The notes: generated by a model not told the origin, from the sequence alone. Positions 11,450 to 24,490 are shown, counted from the whole stretch's first letter. The stretch: DNA of 59,255 nucleotides, filler included, from Sphacelaria rigidula (GCA_964200075.2; 7 parts of 7 records of this genome joined end to end with filler, not necessarily neighbours in it), one strand, 5' to 3'. Program-made: numbers and translations.

Positions 11450-11669
11450 GACACGCTATCGCCCAACGATAACAGGCGCACCCCGTACTCTATGCAGTAC
11501 AATAACGTCATCGGCAATACGACGCCAATCGAAGAGCGACGCAGTCCTTTGTCATCAGATGGCTCTGCAGTTCACAGTGATACACATGCTTACATCGGGT
11601 TCATTCGGGAAACTGGGAAAGCTGTGGTGTGGGCAACTTCTAGCCGCTTTTAAGCTGGCCCAGCTCGTA

Positions 11670-14576
11670 CGAACACGGGTAATTCGAGAGTGGGTTGAGT
11701 AGTGTATACTCAATACTCGATATTTTTGGAGAGTCATACTCCAAGTTCCCGAAAATTCGGGTAGATTGTTGATATCATACGAAATCTGCCCTTTTGGGGG
11801 GTAGACTACGTTGGATTGTACCCAATATACCCAAAGTTTGAGTAGAGTATCGAGGTCAAACTCAAGTGATACCATTACCCAGGTATTACTGAGAGCACTC
11901 ACCCAATTTTGAAAAGGAGTATCGGAGTCGTACCCACTTTCCCCGATTTTTCGGTAAAGTGTTGAGGTCACACCCAAGTGGTATTCTATCCCCGGGTATT
12001 GCTGAGAGTACTTGCCCAAAATTTAGGTGGAGTATTTGAGGCCGCACCCGATCTACATAAACCCTGTAAAGATCATATACCCAAGTTAATTAGCCCAGTA
12101 TTAAAAAGTACATATCTCACCCGACCTGTACTTGATATTGTCGATCGAAACCATGCGGACGAAGGTACGAAGGGGCGCTTGACTCCTATCCTGCAGACCA
12201 CCACGCTAGATATTTCCGGTTCACAGAACAATGCAAACCCCACACAACTCATTTTCAGCTACTACCGCAACCCTGCAGCATAGAACACGAGCTAGGCCCG
12301 GGGATGGATATTCTCCAGTAGTTGGGTATGGTGTGTTAATTTTGTTGTTGTCGGAAACTTGAGCATCTTCCTCCATGGTAGAGATCGGCGGCGGAACTCC
12401 GTGGTAGAGAGGACAGCCGACTTGCGTACACTCATGAACAGTGCAGGCAGTACAAAGCTACACGTTGTGCAAATCCTTTTCACGTCGCACCGTAAGCAGA
12501 GAGTACGGATTGTTGTGCGCTATCTGCTGTGCACGCTGCCCGCGTTTCTCATATCCTACCGTGCAAAACACCGACCCAAACACACTCAGGCACACTGTAT
12601 GCATACAGCGCAGATAGTACACTACTACACAGTAGACAAGTAAACAATTGCTGCTTGAAGAATTTCTCCGTTTTTTTTCGATCGAAGGCCTGCAAATTCG
12701 CATGGACGCAACTCGCGGGAAATGGACGAATTCGCTTGTATCACTTCCACCGCACATCTTATTTTCAATAAAAAAGTTGATGTGCTGAGACGCAGCTTAC
12801 CCAATACTTGAGTAGGCAATTGACATCGCACCCAATCTACCAGCGGTAAAGTGTTTCGGATCGTACCTAACTTATCCAACGTTTGGGTAAAGTATTGGGG
12901 TCATACCCAAGTGATGCTCTATAGCAAGGTATTTGCTGAGAGTGCCTACCCACAATTGGGGTGAAGTATTGAGGCCACACCCAAGCGATACTCCATGGCC
13001 GCTTCTTAATACCTGAAAACGGACGCTCTGAGAACTGCCCTTTTTGTGTCTTTCATCGCGGATTTTTTGGCGGAACACGGGCCTTGGCGGATTTGACTTC
13101 CTCTGAAATATTTGCCGGGTGTATCACGAGGATTCCTGCGCACTTTTCCAATTTTCAGTAGGCCCAGTTTTACTTCTTGCCGGGTTCTCGATTTTTTCAG
13201 TTGCCCCGAAGATCGTCCAGTTGTCGGGGAGAACACGTATTTAACCCGACAACTCGAAGAATTGTGGGACGACTTGAAAAATCGAGGACCCGGCTCAAAG
13301 TAAAACGGCGCGTACGAAAAATCGCGAGAGTGCGCCAGAATCTTCGTGGAGAACATAGCAAATCTTTCAGAGGAGGCCCAATCCACCAAAGTCCGTACGA
13401 GCTGGACCGGCCACTAGTGATTTTTAAACGGAGAGTGGAGATGCATTCGGCAATTCGAAGAGTTAGGCGCTGAAATTCTGACTCGATATTTTTATCATCA
13501 ATCCGTGCAACCCTGTGAGTGGAGGAGAGGGAAAAAACCCCAGGAAGTTAGAGCGAGTGGAAGTTTCACCAAAAACAGAAAAAATGCTATTACTTCCTCA
13601 AAGAATGATGAAAACGATGACGACACCCCGGTACATACGTACACTCGCGTCAACCACATCCCTGTTCGGTTTCAGCCAAAAATACGTAAATTTGGGCTTA
13701 ACGTCGCACTTTTGGTGTGACCCCGATGGTCAAACTGATGCAACAGCCCCAAATTACACAGGTCAGGGGTTCTAATCCCGACACGACGGAAAGGTTTTGT
13801 GTGCATACTAATCGTGCATAATCTCTCGTACCTCTTGGTTGCGAAGAGTCCCGATATGTTGGTCACGGTCTTGCTTCTGGGTGGGGTATAGGGCAGCTTC
13901 AAGTAGTACTTGTTCCTCGTCCGGTGATACACGACAGTTGGCTCGGGGGTTCTCTCCCATGATGCAGCTTATGACGAGCTTGATGCCATATTGCAGCACT
14001 ACCACTTTGATCTTACTTGCGCATGTCCGTGTGTGCGTGTGCCTATGCGGCGCAACGGTCTATTGTAATTCCATCGCATTTTGTGAAACAAAACGTCTCC
14101 AGACATTCTATGACGCAACGGCAAGAGACGTGCCCGGTACTCAATTCAGTACAACAACATCATCGCGAAAACTGCGCCAATCACGCAGCAGCAATGCCTT
14201 GTGTCACCAGGTCAGTCTGCAGTTTACAACGATATGCTCAAGTCGCGCTGATTTGGATAACTTGAGGAGTAGTGGTATGGAAAGAGAAAATGAGATTTAC
14301 TGCCGGTCCAGCTCGTATTCCGCCAAACTCCGCTACAAACGGTTAAAAAATGGCAGTTCTCGGAGAGCCCATTTCAGACTTTGAGAAATGGCCCTATACC
14401 CAGATATTACTGATGGTGCTTGCCAAATAATTGGGTAGAGAACTCGATGTAGTACCCAATCTTCCCAAAAATTGGGTGAAGTAATTTGGCCGTACCCAAA
14501 TTACCCAAACCTTGGGTGGAGCACATATCCGGGTACTTCACCCGAGTTTCGAAACGTTCATACCCTACCCGACCTG
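11670..14576. mobile_element. Non-autonomous hAT-like element with TACCC subterminal repeats, copy A (interrupted at about 13015-14390)
   Basis: TACCC/GGGTA-rich arms. Internal 12130-12790 is homologous to 53876-54530. Right end is ATACCCTACCCGACCTG at 14576. The left boundary is approximate. Confidence 0.65.
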
Positions 14577-14696
14577 CCCTCGCTCCACAAACGCGACTGG
14601 ACGAAACTCGCGTGGTACTGCTTTTTAATAGGCTATCACTTCACATAGGAGTACTTGATGCTAAAAGCTCTCGATCAAGGTGAAGATTTTGTCTTT

Positions 14697-15260
14697 AGAC
14701 CGTTTGGGGGGGCGTACTCATTTGTTGCTTGCCTTAGTCGTTTGACCATTGACAACGCATCCCTTTCGAGACGGAGCACCATTTGGGGGGGGGAAACGAA
14801 TCTGTTCTTGAAAAAATCTGAAGATTTCAACCCGTGTGCGGGCGATTTTTTCCCGTGGATTGATTTTTCGGACTCCAGCCCGCTGAACAGTGTTTTCGGC
14901 TAGCTGTGACGAAAGCGATCAATTCTCAGACTCTGTGGACGCCAAGGTTTGGCATGTCACCTCTTTGCTCGAATCAAGGCACCCCTGAATATGTGCGCGC
15001 GAGGGACAGATTTGCGGTTTCTGTTCGTTGTTTACGCATATCCGGGAGTTTCCCGATTCGAGCTAAAAGGTGACCCGACAGAGGTCCATGTGCAGAGAAT
15101 CGGGGAATTTTGTGGTTTTCCCACGGCGAACCGAGAAACATTTCCCAAAGGACTGTATTCCGAAAAAGACATCCACGGGGAAAAATCGCCTGCAGACGTG
15201 CTGAAATCCTCAGATTTGTGCTTGGACAGATTCGTGACTAGAGAAAACGGTCTTGGCCTT
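14697..15260. mobile_element. Old fold-back/MITE element with diverged inverted arms of about 230 bp
   Basis: AGACCGTTT..ACGAATCTGT..AAATCTGA..GCGATTTT..CCCGTGGAT..GTCACCT..GCTCGAATC is mirrored at 15035-15255. Confidence 0.7.
14713..14780 (-). mobile_element. About 68-bp extremely 5'-truncated LINE insertion with a TSD
   Basis: The LINE 3' motif is flanked by ACCGTTTGGGGGGG and ACCATTTGGGGGGGGG, and is absent from the mirrored arm of the host element. Confidence 0.8.
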
Positions 15261-15967
15261 ACAACAAAAATGTTTTTTTCAGCTCGCGGTTTCGTCTTCA
15301 CCCTACAGTAGGGTATTTCCACTCTGTTTCAGGCCATGTTTCAAGTTTTCAATTTCAACACATTGGCAAACTCACGAAGACCCCGAAATCTGACAGATCG
15401 CGCACAAAGTCGGATTTTGGCAAGGGGTGCATGGTAGCGTGATGATAGCCGTTCCAGAAGGGTGCTTTATACCGTGATTCCAGGGGTGGTATCCACCGTT
15501 TTGGCCTGCATGACTTGATGATGACATGTTTTCTTCTAAGAAGAACAAGACTCCTTTTTCGGAGGTTTCATGTACACATCTCCCCCCTCCCCGACTGAAT
15601 TGTCCCACGGGTGGTATCTACCGTCTTTGCTGGTTACACACGAATGGCGATGCACATAAACACACGAACAAGTTGTTGAAACGTTTTGAACATGAAACTG
15701 TTCAGACGATTATTTTTGGAGACAAATCCGGCATGTGCAGAGACCCTAACCTGAGCAAAATCAAGGTGACTCATTCGCGGAAATCATATTGCAGGAACCC
15801 CATTACGGTTTAACGGATTTGTTGACTTTGGTCCTGTACACGGGGGGACATTATTTGCAGAGGCGTGGCAAAGTTTTCTAGTGAAGCCGAAGAACAGGTA
15901 AGGGGCGAACCATCATCCGAGAACAAGGTCGTACCGTTGTGCCGCCGGGTATAGAATACCGTGTAGC

Positions 15968-16025
15968 ACTGTGTGTGTTGTCGTCCCATCTATTCTGGAC
16001 GCCGGTCTACACCTTTCAGTATACA
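15968..16025 (-). mobile_element. 3' tail fragment of the SINE at 43912-44270
   Basis: GTGTTGTCGTCCCATCTATTCTGGACGCC is nearly the reverse complement of GGCGTCCAGAATAGATGGGATGACAACAC at about 44230-44258. Confidence 0.75.
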
Positions 16026-16061
16026 GGTTGGGTCGCCCAAGATGCGGACAGGGTTGTTGAC

Positions 16062-16455
16062 CCGCGAGTCTTGGGCTCAACTTTGAGTCGTTCTCGATGA
16101 AATTTCAGCACGATGTACAGAACGCACTTGTTTTTTTCCGTGAGTTATTGGCGATTTTGTTCCTAGAAGAACTGTTCTGAAATGTTCCGTAGCCGATAAC
16201 CCACGAAGAAAAAGAAAAACAGGGGGGGGGGGGGGGGGGGGGCGCGGGGGGGTTTTTCATTTAGGTCCTGTACAAATTTTTGGAATTTCATTAAAAAAAA
16301 CCCAAAATGAAGGTAAAAANNNNNNNNNNGCAAAAAGGGGCGTGGGCGGGGGGGGGGGGGGGGGGGGGGGCTCTGGGGGTCTTTGCATGTACGTCCTGTA
16401 CATCATGTTGGAATTTCATCGAAAACAACCCAAAATTGAGCTGAAGACTCGCGTC
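16062..16455. mobile_element. MITE, family copy 1 (contains a 10-N gap at 16320-16329)
   Basis: About 60-bp TIRs: CGCGAGTCTT..GCTCAA..TCGATGAAATT..GATGTACAG and its reverse complement at 16397-16453. Confidence 0.7.
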
Positions 16456-16564
16456 GTTCTGTCGTAAACCGGTTCCTTTTGTACATGGAGATGGAATACT
16501 TACTTGCAAAGTATTGCGTCTCTCACGAAACACCGGCCACGAATAATTCAAACGCATTCACGCT

Positions 16565-16830
16565 GTTCAGTTTCGAGTTGTTCTCGACGAAATTTTGACA
16601 CGATGTACAGGATGTTTGTGCGAAGACACCTTTTTACCTCCCCCGTTTGTTTTTCTCCTTCTTTTTTGAGTTATTGGCAATTTTGTTCCGGAAAAATGTT
16701 TCGAAATGTTCCGTCGCCAATAACGCACGAACAAAAAGACACACACACACACGGGAGGAACGAAGGGGTGTTCGCACATACGTCCTGTACATCATGTCAA
16801 AAGTTTATCGTGAACAACTGAAAATTGAGT
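16565..16830. mobile_element. MITE, family copy 2
   Basis: GTTGTTCTCGACGAAATTTTGACACGATGTACAGGA...GCGAAGACACC is mirrored at 16767-16825. The interior is similar to 16130-16215. Confidence 0.75.
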
Positions 16831-16862
16831 TCGGGACTTGCGCCATTCTTTCGCAATCCGGT

Positions 16863-16962
16863 NNNNNNNNNNNNNNNNNNNNNNNNNNNNNNNNNNNNNN
16901 NNNNNNTTAATTAATTAANNNNNNNNNNNNNNNNNNNNNNNNNNNNNNNNNNNNNNNNNNNN
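16863..16962. other. Artificial contig spacer
   Basis: N44-TTAATTAATTAA-N44. Confidence 0.99.
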
Positions 16963-17279
16963 CTTTGAGTTTTGTTCCAAGGATTGAGCAATTGTAGTCG
17001 GTGGTCCTCACCGCCCTCTGCAATCAGTCTCCTTCAGTACCATCAGTTCTCCGCTTCGAGAGGAAACTGCGAGTTCTGCTTTGCTTGGCCAAATAAGCGC
17101 CCAAACAACCATTTGTCTCACTGATTTATTCTGAGCTGCAGACGCAACTGATTTCACGATCAGGGTGCAACCTCTGTGTACTCCTGTTCGCTGAACGGTA
17201 GTTGGCCTATCGTAAGGACAGTGCTACGAACACGAATTATTCCAACACATGATTGTGGGTCTACCGCCAGCGGTTGGTA

Positions 17280-20200
17280 CCAAGAGGAGTCCCCACCTCC
17301 ACCCAACGCGCCTATGGGAGTAGTACCCCAATGCAAGAGGTGTGGAAGGCTTGGGCATCTGGCCCAGATTTGTGCCACATCCCTACGATTCGGGGTAACT
17401 GTGACTATTGAGGTCAATGTGGGCAGCTGGTACCACTGTGTCACCAACCGATCGACCCCCGCTCCTCCTGGTATCGATGTCATAACCTACCCTTCGCAGA
17501 CCGATGACCGCGACTACTACTACGGCGGAGGGGAGGGCAATGGCAGCTACCAACAGTTGTCATACCACGGGGATGGGAGAACAGTAGTGAGTTGTCGCCT
17601 CAAAAGCAACTTGCCGATTTTGACCGTAACAGCAATGGGGTTGAGATCAACGACGGCGGCAACAGCAGTATTTCTCTCGTTGATGCACAGCAATACAGCA
17701 ACAGCGACGGCTCGGGCGGTGCTTACCACGGGGGCGCCGCCGGCGTCGATGGCAATAGCAATGGTGCTCGTTTCGCTGACGACTGTTGGTGGCGGCCATG
17801 GACCTGATAGCACCATCGAGGAACACGGTGATGGCAGTTATGTGGTGGAACATGAGGGTGCATCATCCCTTGGGACATTCGGGACCCCGCAGGACTTTTC
17901 AGCGGAGGACGAGTACATGTACCCGAGGGCTATTCCTGGCCTTCAGATCCTCACTCATCCCCCGTCCCGCCACCGCCATGCTTTGATGGCCGTTCCCAAG
18001 CGTCACCCGGATAAGGCGCAATGGTGGGTTGGCGATAGTAGAGCGTCTGTACACGGCACTGGCAGTGCCACTCATGTGTAAAACGTACGGACTCCAGTCA
18101 TCGAGGAATCTTGCGTAGTTGTAGACTCCGGCTAGGAGATGGAGGTAGAACTCATCGGAGATTTGGACGTGGTGCTTCACTGTGATGAAGATGTTGTCGT
18201 CACCTTGAGGGACGTGCCTTACATACCTGGCTTATGGTATGAACTCATGTATTTCAACATCGTCCAGGAATCCGAGATTACTGTCCTTGACAAGACCGTG
18301 GCACACATGCTTGATGGGCGTGTGCGGTTCGACAATGACAAGAACGGCAACTACGTTCAGGCTACGCGTATGCCCCAGGGTTCCCGTGGGCCACCTGCCA
18401 TGGTAGCAGAGATGAACATCAGACGAGAACTGACGCCCGTGGATGGTGCCAAACGCAAGGGGCGTGCCGAGCGGAAGCTGGCTCTAATCAGCGAAGGAGC
18501 GAGAGCGGTGTGGCTGGAGTTCCGTCACCACTTCCCTGATCTCCAGTTCCCCCAAAAGGCTCTCACTGGGCAAGCGATCTGGCCGGAAGCGTTCTCCTGG
18601 ATGAACGATTGTCTCAACATCTCGGTACGAGTGAACGGCAAGCCAGACATGTTATGTACTTGAGAGAAACTGTACGTTAAGCGTCCTACCATACTCACCT
18701 TGCCGTTCATGATGGCTGGCTTTTGCCATACCAAAAGGAAGACCAAGATGGAATCGAAGGGGAAGAAGTGCTTCCATCTCAACACTGGTCACGACCACTC
18801 CTCCAGCGCACACAAGGATCTTCTTGCTTCGGGAATCGCAAGCTAAAATGCCGACGTGGTACCACTGTCGACCCTTCGTGGGGAGGTTACCGACTTGGGG
18901 CGCCGGGGCTATTATATCACCGCAGCAGGAAGAATCAGCGAGAGCCGGGGACGGAGCTGGGGCGGTGGAGCAACGGACGCAGCCGGAGCAGACGTGGAGA
19001 CCGACGCCGCGACAGCGGCTATCACCACAGCGAACACTGCCGCGGCGTCGCCTACAGTCAGAAGGAGCCGGGGACGAAGTTGGGGCGGTGGAGCAGCGAA
19101 CGCAGCCGGAGCAGACACAGCGGCCGACGCCGCGACAGCGGCCATCGCCACAGCTACCACTGCCGCAGCGTCACCTACCGTCAGCGGGAGCCGGAGACGA
19201 AGCTGGGGCGGTGAAGCAGCGAACGTAGCCAGAAAAGACATAGCGGCCGACGCCGGAACAGCGGCCACCGCCACAGCCGACACTGCCGCGGCGTCGCCTA
19301 CAATCAGCGGGAATCGGAGACGGAGCTGGGGCGGTGGAGCAGTAAATGCAGCCGGAGCAGACACAGCGGCCGGCGCCGCAACAGCGGTCATCGCCACAGC
19401 CAAAACTGCCGCAGTGTCGCCTACAGTCAGCTGGAGTCGGGGGCGGAACTGGGGTGGTGGAGCAACGAAGACGGCAAACGCCACAGCGGCCGACACCGCG
19501 ACAGAGGCCATCGTCACAGCGGACACTGCCGCAGCGTTGCCTACAGTTAGCGGGAGCCGGGGGCGGAGCTGGGGCGGTGAAGCAACGAAGACGGCGAACG
19601 CCGCCGGAACAGACGCAGCAGCTCACGCCACAACAGCGGCCATCACTACATTCAACACTGCCGCAGCGTCGCCTACAGTTAGCGGGAGCCGGGGACGTGG
19701 CTGGGGCGGTGGAGCAGCCAACACTGCTGCAGCGTCGCCTGCAGTCAGCGGGAGCCGGGGGCGGAGCTGGGGCGGTGGAGCAGCCAACGCAACCGGAGCA
19801 GACGCAACGGCCGGCGCCGCAACAGCGGCCATCGCCCCAGCTACCACCGCCACAGCGTCGCCGACAGTCAGCGGGAGTCGGAGACGGAGCCGTGGTGGTG
19901 CAGCGGCAAACGCAGCTGGAGCAGACACAGCGGCCGGCGCCGGAACAAGGCCACCGCCACAGCCGACACTGCCGCAGCGTCGCCTACAGTCAACGGGAAA
20001 CAGGAATGGCCCTGGGGCGACGGAGTAGCGAACGCAGCGACCGCAACCGGCATAATTACCGCGACCGGCGTCGCAACAGCGGCTCTCACAGTAAGCATGA
20101 TTGCGCAGCAGCGTGTTCAGCTTGCAGGGGATGAGGACGACGGAGGGGCGGTGGAGCAGTTGCCATAACTTGGGGAGGATGAGGACGAAGCAGTGACCGT

Positions 20201-22050
20201 GGAACAGCCGATACAGTTGACGGGGGTATCGGGCGGTACTGGGTCGATGAGTCCGTGGGTATTGGCGACGGAGGAGACTGCCGGCACCGGCCTACACCAA
20301 CAATAATACCGTGTGACACCCGTGGTCACAAGGGCCAGATCAAGAGTATCGCCGCTGGGATTGTCGGGAGCATTCGCAATGCTGACAGTTGAGGCGGGCA
20401 TCGCGAAAGCTGTTGCTCAGGGGAACACTGGTTACGATGACAAGGAACTGCCGATGGATTCGAGCTCGCTGGAGACACCGCAGATGTACGCGCAGGTACA
20501 TTCCGGACCACACAACGCTATTTGGAAGGCCGCAGAAGACAAAGAACTCATCGGACTAGCGGCGATCGGTACTTTCGTGCTGGTGGGAGGAACGTAGCAA
20601 CGAGGGACTAACACCATCTCGTCCAAGTGGGTGTACGCTTGGAAGACGAATAAATACGGCAAGATTGTACGTACTAAGGCTAGATTAGTAGCTAGAGGTT
20701 TGTCGCAGTGTTAAGGTGTGGATTTTCTGGAGATCTTTTCACCGTGTACCGAGTATTTGTTTGTGAACTGCCATTGCGTGCGAGCTGGGGCTGGGTCTAT
20801 GTAATTTTGACGCGAAACAGACGTTTGTGCAATCAACTTGGGATGAGGAGGTGTACCTTCGCATGCCACAAGGCTGCGGGGACCTGTCTGAAAAGGTCGT
20901 GAAACTCGGCCGGAGTCTGTACGGTCTAAAACAAGCATCGCGCACTTGGCACAACCATTTGATGAGAGGGATGCGGGTCTCGGTTTCGAACAGTGTGCTG
21001 CGGGTGCGTGTGTGATGCGCCTGGTAAAAGATGGTGTGTTTTCAATGATGGTTGTCGTACATGTAGATGACATAATTGCTATCGGACGCAAGAGCAGGTG
21101 TGACCAGTTTTGTATGGAGCTCAACCAGTACATCCTCATGACTAACCTTGGAGATCTTCGTCTGTACGCTGGCTGCGTATTTTCACGCGACCCCGACTTG
21201 GGCACGAATCCGATTTCCCAGCGAACAGTTGCTGAGAACATCGTGACGAAGTTTAGTGTTACTCGCAACAAGGAAATCCGAATGGTGGTCGACTTGAAGC
21301 TTGATGTGTTTGACCCAGCTGAACCCGATGTAGAGGAACCGTTTCGATCTCTAGTAGGACATTTGATGTGGCTTGCTGCTAACCAGACCCACCCCGATAT
21401 TTTCAACGCGGTACGTACGTGCAGTGGCGAGATATACTCACACACAGAAACTTGTGCACTGGAAAACAGCTTTTACATGTTTCCATGTATGTTAGATTCA
21501 CAAGTAGCTACGGTATCACTTTCCAGCGGGGTACGACGGGTGGTGTTGCGTTTGAAGTGTTTGTGGATTCGGATTACGCCAGCGAAGCTACTGCCCGAAG
21601 GTCTGTGCCTGGCGGCGTCGGAGTGTGTGCCGGTGCCTGTGTGTCGTTCTTCTCGAGGACACGGAGAAGTGTCACATTGTCCTCGACGGAAGCGCAGTAT
21701 GTTACGATGGCCGAGGGAATCAAGGAGACCATATTCCTCCGTTGCATCTGGAGTTTAATCTTTCCGAATCGTGACGTAGGATGCACCACGGTTAACGACC
21801 TTAACGGAGGGACATTACACTTGGCAAATAGTCCAGCCACCACACCCAACTGCAAGCATATCGATATTTGCCACCACTTCCTTCGCGAACGAGTGCCAAA
21901 CGTAGAGTTCAGAGTAGTTCATATGAAGTCGGCCTTTCGACATGCTGATTTTCTCACAAAAACGTTGCACAAGGAGGAATTTTCAGGCGAGCGATGCTAC
22001 GGTGGGGTTGCACGTTCTTAGCGAAAATGTTTCTCGGGGTGTTGAACGGG
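17280..22050 (+). mobile_element. Decayed Ty1/copia retrotransposon (gag Zn-knuckle, protease, partial integrase, RT, RNase H)
   Basis: Motifs in copia order: CKRCGRLGHLAQIC; WVGDSRASVH; TP..AKRKGRAERK; KWVYAWKT...KARLVARG; RSLYGLKQASRTW; VHVDD; FVDSDYA...TLSSTEAQYV...KHIDICHHFLRE...HADFLTK. There are many stops and frameshifts, and the integrase N-half is deleted at about 18410. Confidence 0.95.
18930..20010 (+). repeat. About 123-bp GC-rich tandem repeat in the integrase-RT linker (about 9 units)
   Basis: A GAGCTGG-like anchor occurs at 18954, 19077, 19200, 19323, 19446, 19566, 19698, 19764 and 19887. Confidence 0.9.
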
Positions 22051-23329
22051 TCATTATCAGAATCGGCATCATTTTTACTCCAAAACTACTGAAAATGATG
22101 CCGATTCACAAAAAGCCCCCCTGCGTGCATCTTCATGTCCGGTCCCCAGAAATTTGGGTCGCACGGTAAGCCCCATATATTTGGGCTCCTACAAAAACGA
22201 TACCCAGAAACAAGGAGTGCAACCCGCATCGTAGCATTGCTCAGGCACCGCAACCTTGTGATGAATGTTTCTTGATATCCATATGTACATATATATGTAC
22301 ATGTATCACACATTTTTCACCATGTTTGCCGATTTTTCTCTGCCGGGAAGGCATTGCTTCCCGCGCTTTCTTTTGCAGCGCACTAAGGAGGCTCAACGGT
22401 AGATTACTGTTCAGGTTTGGGTGTCATCTGATACCTGTAGCGCGTGTTCTGACCACCGAAAGTCGCTCAAACTGGCTCTTTTCCGCGAGGTGTCCATTCC
22501 GAACTACAAAACCCTTTTCAAGATCATGGAAAACTTGAGACAGGAACCCGGATCACAGAAAAAGACTGTTGAAGATCATGTAAAACTTCAAGCAGCAGGA
22601 TTACGTTTTGCGGGGTATTTTTTTCCCGTGTTTCTCTTTGTCGCGTTCTCGTTCATTTGGAAGGACGAACACACCGGTTTTGCCGCCAGTGTCACGAGAA
22701 CATGAAAGCAAAGCCGTTGAAAACAATTGAACATCGCCCTGGCTTTAGTCAGCAACGAACACAAGACCGGGCAATGGGCCGTTGGCGAGTTGAACAAGGC
22801 ACAGCAGCATGGCAGCACAGGAATGTTTTGCCGCAGAAAACAATTACCCTGTTTCAAAAAAAGGCCGGGTGATGTGGAATCCACAGCAATGTGCAATCGA
22901 TTCAGACAAGAACCACCACTCTGTGGAATATATAGCTAGGTAGGTAGCTAGCTAGGCGACATTATCTTGCAACACCAAAACAAATATTTTTGCGTTCGAA
23001 ACAAGACGGTACAGTTCAGTAAGTCTGCAACCATGGGGTTGGAGGTCTCGGGGGTTTCTACACTATTCGCTTTCGAAACAAGGCAATGCAGTACAGTAAG
23101 TCCGCAACCATGTGCTTGGAGGACTCGGGGGTTTCTCCCCGACCACGAGAATGATTTGATGCACGTGCACCAACGCCTACCGCACGCGAGCGGAATATAT
23201 GGCTAGCCATAATAGGTAGCTAGGCAACATTATCTGGCAACACCACAAACGTCCACTTCGGTTGTATTATATCGTTGTTTTCTCTCTCGGGCGGGGCTGG
23301 AAAAATGCAATACCTTACAAGCGCGGATA

Positions 23330-24240
23330 ATAACACCCGAAGGACGTAGTACGTAAAGTTGTCACAGGAAAGGCCCGCTGGAAGCTTCGGCCGGTTTGAA
23401 AAAAACGCAACTTTCATGTGCAGAGAAAAAACGTAGCACTAAAAGGACATATCCGCGACCTTCCCAAGTGAGAAAGAACATGAATGTTCCACTTATTCCA
23501 ACAGCCAGCGAAAGCAACTATTTATCCAGAGAAATGCAAACTCTCAGGGCCCTTTTTATCCAAGGAGACTATTCCCTCTTTCACAACCTCGTTTTGACGG
23601 GGGATTGGCCCCACAACGACCAGTCCTGAGTCCTATCGTGAAGCAATTTTATACAGATTGGATCCCAGATCTGCACGCAGGTTCATAAATGCGGCGGGTC
23701 TGGAAGTACTCGTTAGTCCAAGGTCTGTGTAGTGCTGCACAGAAGACGCAAAAAGGCAACACAACATCTACACATCCAGCCCCGAATAAACACGCGCAGG
23801 CACCCACTACTCACGCGCATCAGTTTCACTGCTGGTCTTTGCTAATATACACACGGCAGTCTTTGTTTGACGGAAATCCGTCCTGTATTGGACGAATGGC
23901 GGCCGCGTGCGTGTCAAAAACAACCGAAAACTCGTCATCGCTGACCGTTTTGTAAGCGTGTGATGTGCGTGCGTCTCACACCAATCATCGTTTCTCAATG
24001 AATTTTGACTAGTTTGAGTAAGATCACGCACAACATGTACGGCTGATGAGCAGCTATACGCATATGCCACACATGTCGAAATTATTGCCGCCCAACAGTT
24101 GTACACCCTTCACATCTATGCTACTCAAGTTGGTCAACTTTATCCGGAGCCACCATTCGAAAACACATGCGATGTTTCGAACAGCCACGATCACTGCTGT
24201 ACATTGAGATTAAACAGCCTCTCTTAACCATATATTTCCG
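23330..24240 (+). mobile_element. Possible decayed Penelope-like element 3' part (RT C-terminal helix region and GIY-YIG relic)
   Basis: Ordered degenerate motifs HRK..KKRST, ESNYLSREMQTLRALFIQGDYS, LLIYTRQSLFDGNPSCIGRM, HVEIIA and SLLYIEIKQPLL. Confidence 0.4.
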
Positions 24241-24311
24241 ACGTGCGTCACCCCTGGAGGCCCGTACCAACCTCCCAGGAGGGGAGCCTTGTATATATAT
24301 ATATATATATA

Positions 24312-24490
24312 TCATTTCCAGTCTGGTCAAACTTTTTTCGTTCGTCTTTGGTTGGATTTGAGGTCTTTAAGGAAACAGTTTGGAACGACACGCCTCATTT
24401 CCAGTCTGAATATTTGAACTTTTTGTTTTTGGTTGGATTTGAGGTCTTGTAGGAGACAGTTTGGAATAACACGCCTCATTTCCAGTCTGG
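24312..24490. repeat. About 80-bp tandem duplication following (TA)n
   Basis: TCATTTCCAGTCTG occurs at about 24312, 24395 and 24476, with shared intervening sequence. Confidence 0.8.

Noticed and set aside
18856-20028. 390-aa Ala/Thr-rich ORF as a mucin or antifreeze-like gene
   Set aside because: It is an alternative frame of a GC-rich tandem repeat inside a copia pol region.
24043-24082. Hammerhead ribozyme (CTGATGAG...CGAAA)
   Set aside because: Stem II cannot pair beyond the first base pair, and no convincing stems I or III were found.
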